Positions 9,011 through 16,393 of a DNA stretch of 55,290 bases are shown piece by piece. Both the position numbers and the translations under genes were made by a program. Every line of letters begins with the position of its first letter. Position 1 is the first letter of the stretch. The stretch is from a virus (taxonomy: Duplodnaviria; Caudoviricetes), in the IMG/VR virus record IMGVR_UViG_3300046373_000115, positions 1 through 55,290 of that record. One strand, 5' to 3'. The notes under the pieces were generated by a model, which made no database searches, was not told the DNA's origin, and saw only the letters and a program-made list of their open reading frames with translations.

Positions 9011-9997
9011 ATGTCGCTGACCCAAATGAAGGTCTTCAACGAATACATCATGCCCGCCACGATCGAGACCCTGGGTCAGATGGTGGAGAAGTTCAACGCG
9101 GCCTCGCGCGGCGCCATCCGCCTGACGATGGAGGGCTTCACCGGCGACTTCCTGCAGGAGTCGTTCTTCGCCGCGGTCCACTCGGCCCAGCGCCGCGTGG
9201 ACCGCTACGCCTCGAACGGCGCGGCCTCGGTCACCGATCTGACCGAGCTGAAGCGCTCGTCGGTCAAGATCGCCGGCGGCTTCGGTCCGATCCGCTACGA
9301 GCCGTCGCAGCTGACCTGGCTGCAACGCCCGACCGCCCAGGGCATCGAGGTCGCGTCGCGCAACTTCGCCGAAGCGATGCTGAAGGACCAGCTGAACACC
9401 GCCATCGCCGCGCTGGTCGCCGCGATCGAGAACCAGTCCACGGCCACCTATAACGGCCTGGCCTCGTCCCCCGACCTGGGCATCAGCTACCCGACTATCA
9501 ACGCCTCGCACGCCAAGTTCGGCGACCACTCGGGCGATCTGGTGGCCGAGGTGATGACCGGCAGCGTTTACCACAAGCTGATCGGCCAGAACCTGACCAA
9601 CGCCGCGCAGCTGTTCACCGCCAGCGGCGTGACCATCGTCGACATCCTGAACAAGGCCGTCATCGTCACCGACGCCCCGGCCCTCTATCAGACCGCCTCG
9701 CCGGTCTCGAAGGAGAAGGTGCTCTCGCTGGTCGACGGCGCGGCCGTCGTCTTCGATGGCGGCGACGTGATCTCCAACATCGAGACCACGAACGGCAACA
9801 GCCGCATCGAGACCACGATGCAGGTCGACTACACCTTCGGTCTGGGCCTGAAGGGCTACACCTGGGACGAGACCAACGGCGGCAAGTCGCCCACCGACGC
9901 TGAACTGGCGACCGGCTCGAACTGGGACAAGGTCGCCAGCGACATCAAGCACACCGCCGGCGTCATCGCCGTCGGTGCGGCCAACATCGGTAACTAA
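9011..9997 (+). CDS. major capsid protein
   Basis: 328 aa, AGGAG RBS, strong codon bias; MKVFNEYIMPATIETL, KFNAAS, GYTWD..GGKSPTDAELATGSNW and KHTAGV typical of this MCP family. Confidence 0.92.
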   Translation: MSLTQMKVFNEYIMPATIETLGQMVEKFNAASRGAIRLTMEGFTGDFLQESFFAAVHSAQRRVDRYASNGAASVTDLTELKRSSVKIAGGFGPIRYEPSQLTWLQRPTAQGIEVASRNFAEAMLKDQLNTAIAALVAAIENQSTATYNGLASSPDLGISYPTINASHAKFGDHSGDLVAEVMTGSVYHKLIGQNLTNAAQLFTASGVTIVDILNKAVIVTDAPALYQTASPVSKEKVLSLVDGAAVVFDGGDVISNIETTNGNSRIETTMQVDYTFGLGLKGYTWDETNGGKSPTDAELATGSNWDKVASDIKHTAGVIAVGAANIGN

Positions 9998-10057
9998 GCC
10001 TGCAATCGAGGGGCCGGCGGGAAGCTGGCCCCTCTCTCGCTCTGACGGGAGGATCCC

Positions 10058-10624
10058 ATGAGCAAGACCATCGAGCTGATCTATTCGGACCAGACGAGCG
10101 ACTTCGTTCCGGGCCGCGCCTACAGCAACCCCCGGTTCTTCACCTCGGCACGTAGCGGCGTCTCGAAGGTGTTCCTGGTCGGCCAGTGGCCCAACATCGA
10201 ATCGGCCTATCTCGCCCGCGATGTGCCGGTCGAACATCTCGATATCGCACCGCGCGCCGAGCCCCTGATCGCCGTTCCGCCGCCCAAGACGGACGTCGAC
10301 GCCGGCAACGTTGCCATCCCCGACGATTGGGCCGGTCTGGCCTGGCCGAAGTTGCGCGCCCTGGCCAGCAGCGTCTCGGCCGCCCCCATCATCAACTCCG
10401 CCGGCGCCCGCGCCGCGATCGAGGCTGAACTGGCCCGCCGCGTTGTCGACATCCTGGATCCGCTCGACCGGCCGATCGACGAGGTCGGCGGCCTGACGCT
10501 GCGCCAGCTGCACGCCGACATCGCCGGCCTGGGCCTCGACGTCGACCCAACCATGAGCCCGGCCGACCTGTTGGCTCTCCGCGATCTGCACCGCGAAGAG
10601 CGCGACAAACAGGGCGTGGAATAG
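10058..10624 (+). CDS. hypothetical head-associated protein
   Basis: 188 aa after MCP, GGGAGG RBS, IPDDWAGLAWPKLRALA helical segment. Confidence 0.65.
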   Translation: MSKTIELIYSDQTSDFVPGRAYSNPRFFTSARSGVSKVFLVGQWPNIESAYLARDVPVEHLDIAPRAEPLIAVPPPKTDVDAGNVAIPDDWAGLAWPKLRALASSVSAAPIINSAGARAAIEAELARRVVDILDPLDRPIDEVGGLTLRQLHADIAGLGLDVDPTMSPADLLALRDLHREERDKQGVE

Positions 10625-10627
10625 CCG

Positions 10628-11047
10628 ATGACCACGATCGCCTATCGTGATGGCGTGATGGCCGCCGACACCCAGATCAACAGCGGCAACGGCTGTCGGG
10701 CGGGTTCGATCACCAAGATCGGACAGACGGCGGACGGGCATTGGTGGGGCTTCTCCGGCAACACCGAAATGCAAGCTGCGTGCGTCGACTGGGCTGAAAG
10801 CCGCACCGGTAACCCTCCTGAGATTGACGGGGTCCTGATCATCGTGGATCCGGCCGGCGACAAGCGCGAATGGTGGGGTAAGGGCTGGCTCGTTTGCGAC
10901 GACGAGCAAGCGGCTTGGGGCAGCGGCGAGCGGATTGCTCGGGGCGCAAAGTTCGTCGGCGGCTCCGCCGTCCAAGCCGTCCAGGCCGCCATCGCGCTGG
11001 ACCTTGAGAGCGGCGGCGAAGTCACCGTCCTGCGCAGGGAGGCCTGA
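10628..11047 (+). CDS. HslV/proteasome-like Ntn peptidase
   Basis: N-terminal MTTIA...MAADTQ, KI, GSG...A.GA and AVQAAIALD.ESGG signature. Confidence 0.8.
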   Translation: MTTIAYRDGVMAADTQINSGNGCRAGSITKIGQTADGHWWGFSGNTEMQAACVDWAESRTGNPPEIDGVLIIVDPAGDKREWWGKGWLVCDDEQAAWGSGERIARGAKFVGGSAVQAVQAAIALDLESGGEVTVLRREA

Positions 11048-11049
11048 CT

Positions 11050-11565
11050 ATGGCGCTGATCGTCACCCCCGGCGCCGGAAACGCCGACGCCTTCGTCGAA
11101 GTGGCCGACGTCACCGCCTACGCCGCGGCGCACGGCCTGACCTGGGTGGCGACGACCTCGGTCGCTGAGCCCGCTATCCGTCGGGCGACGATCGCCCTGT
11201 CGACCGGCTTTCACTGGAAGGGCTACCGGACCAGCGGTCGGGCCCAATCGCTGGCCTGGCCCCGGACGGACGTCGAGGACGCCGAGGGCGAGACGGTCAA
11301 CCCCGACAGCATCCCCGCCGAGATCTTCGCCGCATGCTGCGAGATGGCGGTCTATGAGCAGGCCAGCCCTGGCGGCCTGTCGCCGACCGTGATCCTGACC
11401 GACCGGGTCAAGCGCGAGCGGATCGGACAGATCGAAACTGAATACGCGTCTAGCGCTATGACGGCCGAAGCCGCGCGTCCGATCCTGACCAGGGTCAACG
11501 ACCTGATCTCCGGGTTGCTCGCCGGCTCCAACAACCCGCTCGTCGGGACGGCGGCCCGCTGGTGA
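11050..11565 (+). CDS. head-tail adaptor (DnaT-like family)
   Basis: MALIVTPG..NADAFV, QSLAWPR, IP.EI..ACCE.A, VKRERIG.IETEY. Confidence 0.8.
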   Translation: MALIVTPGAGNADAFVEVADVTAYAAAHGLTWVATTSVAEPAIRRATIALSTGFHWKGYRTSGRAQSLAWPRTDVEDAEGETVNPDSIPAEIFAACCEMAVYEQASPGGLSPTVILTDRVKRERIGQIETEYASSAMTAEAARPILTRVNDLISGLLAGSNNPLVGTAARW

Positions 11566-11921
11566 CCGCCTTCGACTACTCACGGCCGCTCGCAACCGCC
11601 GACCGCCTGATCAAGCGCTACGGCCAGACCGGCGTCCTCCGCCGCATCGTCTCCACCGGCCCGGCGAACAACCCGACGCAGACGAAGACCGACTACGACG
11701 CGGTGTTCGCGGTCCTGGATTATGAGAACCGCCAGATCGACGGCACCCGGATCCTTGCCACAGACAACCTCGTCTATCTGTCTGCGAAGGATCTGCCCAT
11801 CAAAGTCGCGGTGACCGACAAGCTGGTTGACGCCGAGGGTTTGGTTTACAACATCATTCGACCCAAGCGCCTCTCGCCGGCGGGCGTCATTGTCTATTAC
11901 GAGATCCAGGCCAGAAGGTAG
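11562..11921 (+). CDS. head closure / head-tail joining protein
   Basis: ADRLIKRYG, IDGTRILATD, SPAG...YEIQAR; position in neck module. Confidence 0.75.
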   Translation: MTAFDYSRPLATADRLIKRYGQTGVLRRIVSTGPANNPTQTKTDYDAVFAVLDYENRQIDGTRILATDNLVYLSAKDLPIKVAVTDKLVDAEGLVYNIIRPKRLSPAGVIVYYEIQARR

Positions 11922-11924
11922 CGG

Positions 11925-12152
11925 TTGAGCGACGAAGCCATCATCCCGCCGAGCCTGGGCGCCCTGGCCACATGGACAGAGCTTGAAGCGACCGCTGGGC
12001 TGCTGATGGTCGCCGCGATCCGAAACGACGCCAAGGAGTCCGAAGCACTCCGGCGCAAGGCTCACGACATCCTAGACCACCACCTCGACTGCAAGATCGC
12101 GACCATAGCGGCGATCCGCGAGCGGGTGCGGAAGCAGAACGACTCCATCTGA
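11925..12152 (+). CDS. hypothetical protein
   Basis: 75-aa ORF filling the gap between neck genes. Confidence 0.55.
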   Translation: MSDEAIIPPSLGALATWTELEATAGLLMVAAIRNDAKESEALRRKAHDILDHHLDCKIATIAAIRERVRKQNDSI

Positions 12153-12162
12153 AAGGCCAGGC

Positions 12163-13191
12163 ATGACGCGACAACAGCGCCTCTTTGAGGAGCTGCTGGC
12201 CCGCTATGCGCCCGAGGTCGCCGCAGCCTTTCGCGAGGCGGTGGCGGACATCGCTGCGCAGGCTGACCTGCAACGGATCATCACTGCGCTCCAGCGGGGC
12301 GACATCGATGCGGCGATCGAGGCGCTGCATCTGGACCCGGCGGCCTATGCCAAGATCGAGGACGCCATCCGCTCGGCCTACAACGCGGCGGGGCAGGGCG
12401 CCGTCTCCACCCTGCCCAAGATCACCGACGGCCAGGGCCACGCCGTCGTCATCCGCTTCGATGGCCGCAACTACCGCGCCGAGGCCTGGCTGCGGTCCAA
12501 CTCGGCCGATCTGGTCACCCGCATTGTCGACGACCAGCGCGCCGCCGTCCGCGCCGCGCTCACCGAGGGCATGGTCAAGGGCCAGAACCCGCGCACCGTC
12601 GCGCTCGACATCGTCGGCCGCACCAACCGCGCCACAGGGGCCCGGGAAGGCGGCATCATCGGCCTGACCAGCCAGCAGGAAGAATACGCCCGCACGGCCC
12701 GCGAGGAGCTTGCCAGCAGCGATCCGGCCCTGCTGCGCCACTACCTCACCCGGACGCGCCGCGATAAGCGGTTCGATCGATCCGTCACCAAGGCGATCCG
12801 CGAGGAAAAGCCGGTCCCGGCCGATATCGTGGGCAAGGCGACGGTCGCCTATAAGCGCCGGCTGCTCCAGCTGCGCGGCGAGACCATCGGCAAGGTCGAG
12901 GCCTTCACCGCGATTGCCGAGGGCAAGCACGAAGCCTTCGCCCAAGCCGTCGACGCCGGGAAGATCAGCGCGGCCGAGATCACCAAGACCTGGCGCCACT
13001 TCCCGAGCGAGCATCCTCGGCTTCAACACATCGCCATGGCCGGCAAGAAGGCGGGCTTCAGCGAGGACTTCGTTCTCCCCGACGGTACGCGGATGCGCTA
13101 CCCGCACGACCCGCGCGCGCCGATCAAGCATCGGGCCGGCTGCAAATGCCAGGCCGACTACCGCATCGATTTCCTCGCCGGCCTGACCTAG
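12163..13191 (+). CDS. MuF-like head morphogenesis (minor head) protein
   Basis: C-terminal KTWRH...R..H, F.LPDG..MRYPHDP..P..H..GCKC motif. Confidence 0.8.
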   Translation: MTRQQRLFEELLARYAPEVAAAFREAVADIAAQADLQRIITALQRGDIDAAIEALHLDPAAYAKIEDAIRSAYNAAGQGAVSTLPKITDGQGHAVVIRFDGRNYRAEAWLRSNSADLVTRIVDDQRAAVRAALTEGMVKGQNPRTVALDIVGRTNRATGAREGGIIGLTSQQEEYARTAREELASSDPALLRHYLTRTRRDKRFDRSVTKAIREEKPVPADIVGKATVAYKRRLLQLRGETIGKVEAFTAIAEGKHEAFAQAVDAGKISAAEITKTWRHFPSEHPRLQHIAMAGKKAGFSEDFVLPDGTRMRYPHDPRAPIKHRAGCKCQADYRIDFLAGLT

Positions 13192-13628
13192 TGGCCAAGT
13201 CCGCTACGGCTACCGTCTCCGCCTGGGTCTTGGAGACGAAAGCCCGCATGCTCGCCGTTCGGAACGAAAGCGCCCAGCGCATCGTCGAGATCGCCCAGAC
13301 GCCTATGTCGGAAGGTGGGCGGATGCGGGTCGACACCGGCTTCCTCCGCGCCTCCCTAGTGGCGTTCACGGGCGACGCCGGCATGCCGGCGGCCCGGGCC
13401 AATCCCGGGGGAAAGTTCACCTACGACGCCGGCGCGATCTCGCTCGTGATCCTCGGCGCCGACCTCGATGACAAGCTGACCTTCGCCTATACCGCCAACT
13501 ATGCCCGGCCGCGCGAATACGGCGCGAACGGCCAGCCACCCGATGCCTTTGTCCGCATGGCCGCCCAGCAATGGGGTCGAGTCGTCGGCGAGGTCTGCAT
13601 CGAAGCAAGAGGGAAGGCCGCGAAATGA
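13191..13628 (+). CDS. HK97 gp10-like neck protein
   Basis: RVDTGFLRAS, YTANYARPREYG, PDAFVRMAAQQW; GTG overlaps upstream TAG. Confidence 0.8.
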   Translation: MAKSATATVSAWVLETKARMLAVRNESAQRIVEIAQTPMSEGGRMRVDTGFLRASLVAFTGDAGMPAARANPGGKFTYDAGAISLVILGADLDDKLTFAYTANYARPREYGANGQPPDAFVRMAAQQWGRVVGEVCIEARGKAAK

Positions 13629-14050
13629 CGATCGCCACCAAGCCCTTCCTGATCCCGCAGGCCCTGCTGGACTACGTCGATCAGGTCGCTCTGGGCCTGG
13701 ACATGCCGGTCGCTCGGCCGGAGATCAACGCCGACCCCGAGACCGACGACAACGGCCAGATCAAGCCGTTCCTCCGCATCGACTACCTACCCAACCGCCT
13801 GAAGTGGGAGGGCCTGGCCTCGGGCCGCATCGATCAGGGCCTGCTTCAGATCACCGTCACCTTCCCGCCCAATCGGGGCATCCTCGCGCCGGCGGAGATT
13901 ATCGGTCAGGTGCTCGCCGCGTTCGCGAAGGGCGCCACCCTTCAAGCCGACGACGTCACGGTGCGGATCGACAAGGAGCCCTGGGTTTCGGCCCAAATCT
14001 CGGAAAGCGATCGCGTCGGCTATCCGATCTCCATTCCCTGGATCGCCTAG
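13625..14050 (+). CDS. tail terminator protein
   Basis: FLRIDYLPN, GLLQITVTFP, PISIPW; position before the tail tube gene. Confidence 0.75.
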   Translation: MTIATKPFLIPQALLDYVDQVALGLDMPVARPEINADPETDDNGQIKPFLRIDYLPNRLKWEGLASGRIDQGLLQITVTFPPNRGILAPAEIIGQVLAAFAKGATLQADDVTVRIDKEPWVSAQISESDRVGYPISIPWIA

Positions 14051-14053
14051 CGG

Positions 14054-14818
14054 GTGATCGCTCTCGTTCTCGGCGGCGCGCCCTCGGTCTGGACGGATCT
14101 GGCGGCGGCTAAAGCCATGCTCGCCGGCCAGCGCCACCTGATCGTGGCCGCCAACCTCGCCGGCATCCACCACCAGGGCCCGCTCGACGCCTGGGCGACC
14201 CTTCACCCTGAACATCTCGACGAGTGGACCGAGGCGCGCGGGCAGGGCGGCTATCGCGTGTTCTCGCCTGCCAAGGTCTGCGACTGCGTCGACGTGGAGG
14301 TCGCTCCCGAGCGCTGGAACGGATCGTCGGGCCTCTACGCCCTCCAGATCGCGCTCGAGCAGATGAACGCCTCGGCCGCCATCCTCTGCGGCGTCCCGAT
14401 GGAGCAAGCGGCCGGCCACTTCCTCACCGGCGGGCCATGGGCGCCAGTCACGTCCTACCGCCAAGCCTTCGCCGCCGCGCTTCCGATCCACGGCGGCCGG
14501 GTCCGCTCCATGGGCGGCTGGACCGCCGACCTGTTCGGAACACCAAGCCCCGCCTGGATCGCCGCCGCCTCCACCATGAAGCCCGGCCAGCGTGGTCGGC
14601 CAGCAAGGACCCGACCCATGCACAAGGTGACCAACACCTCGAAAACCACCCAGCGCTTCAACGCCATCCGCCCCGAAGGCGGCTTCGACCTGGTCCGTCT
14701 CGCGCCGGGGGAGAGCAAGGACGTCGAGATCGACACCATGCAGCCCAAGTTCACGGGCGGCGCCCTGAAGGTCGATGAGATCAAGCCCACCAAGGCCGCC
14801 GGCAAGCCCGAAGCCTGA
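14054..14818 (+). CDS. Rossmann-like putative transferase, paralog 2, with about 66-aa C-terminal extension
   Basis: Aligns by eye to 7471..8019 (ALVLGGA.SVW.DL, LDAW..LH.E, GSSGL.AL, LCGVPM...GHF, RSM.GWT.DL.G.P); internal ATG 14618 preceded by AAGGA. Confidence 0.6.
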   Translation: MIALVLGGAPSVWTDLAAAKAMLAGQRHLIVAANLAGIHHQGPLDAWATLHPEHLDEWTEARGQGGYRVFSPAKVCDCVDVEVAPERWNGSSGLYALQIALEQMNASAAILCGVPMEQAAGHFLTGGPWAPVTSYRQAFAAALPIHGGRVRSMGGWTADLFGTPSPAWIAAASTMKPGQRGRPARTRPMHKVTNTSKTTQRFNAIRPEGGFDLVRLAPGESKDVEIDTMQPKFTGGALKVDEIKPTKAAGKPEA

Positions 14819-14897
14819 CCACCAACGCCACCGGCCATCGGTGCGTCCTCGCGCGGCATCTGCCGTGCTCCTCCATCCAGCAATTTAGGAGACCTCC

Positions 14898-15359
14898 ATG
14901 GCTGGTTCCACTGATGCACAAACCGCCGCCGGCTCGACCATCGCGATCTCGGCCGCGCTCCCCGCTGCCGTCACGCCGACCGGCTATGCGGCCCTGTCCT
15001 ACACCCTGATCGGCGAAGTGACCGAGCTGCCGGCCATGGGCCGCACCTACAACGAGGTCACGCATTCGCCGCTGGCCGAACGCGGCGTGGTCAAGCTGAA
15101 GGGCTCCTACAACGACGGGACCCTGACGGTTCCGGCCGCCTACGCCCCCGGCGACGCCGGCCAGGTACTCGTCAACACCGCCCTCGACGACGACGACTAC
15201 TACAGCTTCAAGACCGTGCTGCAGGACGGAACGATCCGTTACTGCCAGGCCCGCGTCATGAGCGCGCCGATCACCCCGGGCGGCGTCGACTCCGTCGTCA
15301 CCGTGGCCATCGGCTTGTCCGTCAAGTCGGGCTCCATCGTGACCGTGCTGCCGGCCTAA
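14898..15359 (+). CDS. major tail (tube) protein
   Basis: TAAGSTIAIS..LPA, IGEVTELPAMGRTYNEVTH.PL..R...KLKGSYNDG; AGGAG RBS. Confidence 0.85.
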   Translation: MAGSTDAQTAAGSTIAISAALPAAVTPTGYAALSYTLIGEVTELPAMGRTYNEVTHSPLAERGVVKLKGSYNDGTLTVPAAYAPGDAGQVLVNTALDDDDYYSFKTVLQDGTIRYCQARVMSAPITPGGVDSVVTVAIGLSVKSGSIVTVLPA

Positions 15360-15437
15360 GACCGGCGCCAAAACAGCTACTCCCCTCAACTTTACGCGCC
15401 GGTCGCGCCGGCGTGCTTTTTCCCGAAAGGAAGAGCC

Positions 15438-15884
15438 ATGTTCGACATCTCCACCATCGACGTCGCCGATACGTTCGAAGTCCAGATCAAGCATCCCAAG
15501 ACGGGCGACGTCATCATCGTCGGCGGCGAAGCCAAGGTCGTCGAGGGTGAAACGGTGACCGTCGGCGGCGCGGCCATGTCAGTCACGGTCTACGGCCCCA
15601 GCTCGCGCCAGTATCGTTCGGCTCAGTCGGTGGCCAGCGCCAAGCTGATCAAGCGCCTCCGCGCCAAGACCGAGCCGGACCCCGATGAAGACACGGCGGC
15701 TACGGCGGCGTTCTTGTCGGCCTGCACCGTGTCTCTCAATAACTTCGGCTACAAGGGGCAGAGCGAAGGCCGGGAGGCCTATCGTGCGCTCTATCTCGAC
15801 CCGAAGATGGGCTGGCTGACCGAACAGGTGAACAGCGCCATGGGCGATTGGGCCAATTTTACGAAGGCCTCCTCGACCAGCTGA
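15438..15884 (+). CDS. tail assembly chaperone (gpG-like)
   Basis: Between tube and tape measure genes; ends ...WLTEQV...GDWANFTK. Confidence 0.8.
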   Translation: MFDISTIDVADTFEVQIKHPKTGDVIIVGGEAKVVEGETVTVGGAAMSVTVYGPSSRQYRSAQSVASAKLIKRLRAKTEPDPDEDTAATAAFLSACTVSLNNFGYKGQSEGREAYRALYLDPKMGWLTEQVNSAMGDWANFTKASSTS

Positions 15885-16393
15885 TCCTCTACGTCCGCCA
15901 CACGGCCTGGCTGCATGCGACCCCCAAGGACTCCAAGGGGAAAGCGGCGGCCAGGTCACGGCTGGAGAGCTTCAGGATCGACGAGGAGGCGGGCCGGACC
16001 CGCATCGAGTTGATCATGCCGCCCATCGAGGGCGGCGACTACATCGTCGGATACCTCTTCGAGGTCGGCCCCTCATGTGCCGGCGAGCCGCTGTCGTTCT
16101 GCGAGATCGAGGCCTGGGCGCGGCAGACCGGCCGCATCCTGAACTGTTGGGAGCCGGTCGCGCTTAAGCGGCTGTCAAACTCGTACCTCGCCGAGCTTCA
16201 GGCCGCCGAGGCGCACGATCGGCCGGCGCCCAACGCCGTTGTCGTCGCTAAGCCGCCGGTCTCGCGCAAGGTCATCTCTGACCAGCTAGGCGCAATTTTC
16301 GACCGGCTGGCGGCCCAGGACGCCAAGCACGCACCGCCCGTCCGTCAGCCCCGTCCGCCCCGACCACCTCGCCCAGGGAGATCAAGACCATGA
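15848..16393 (+). CDS. tail assembly chaperone gpT-like, -1 frame extension
   Basis: Overlaps the gpG end in the -1 frame; YLFEVGP, LSFCEIEAW.RQTG..L..WE...LKRLS..Y. Confidence 0.75.
   Translation: MGQFYEGLLDQLILYVRHTAWLHATPKDSKGKAAARSRLESFRIDEEAGRTRIELIMPPIEGGDYIVGYLFEVGPSCAGEPLSFCEIEAWARQTGRILNCWEPVALKRLSNSYLAELQAAEAHDRPAPNAVVVAKPPVSRKVISDQLGAIFDRLAAQDAKHAPPVRQPRPPRPPRPGRSRP

Noticed and set aside
11050-11565. Primosomal DnaT function
   Set aside because: Position and motifs fit a head-tail adaptor
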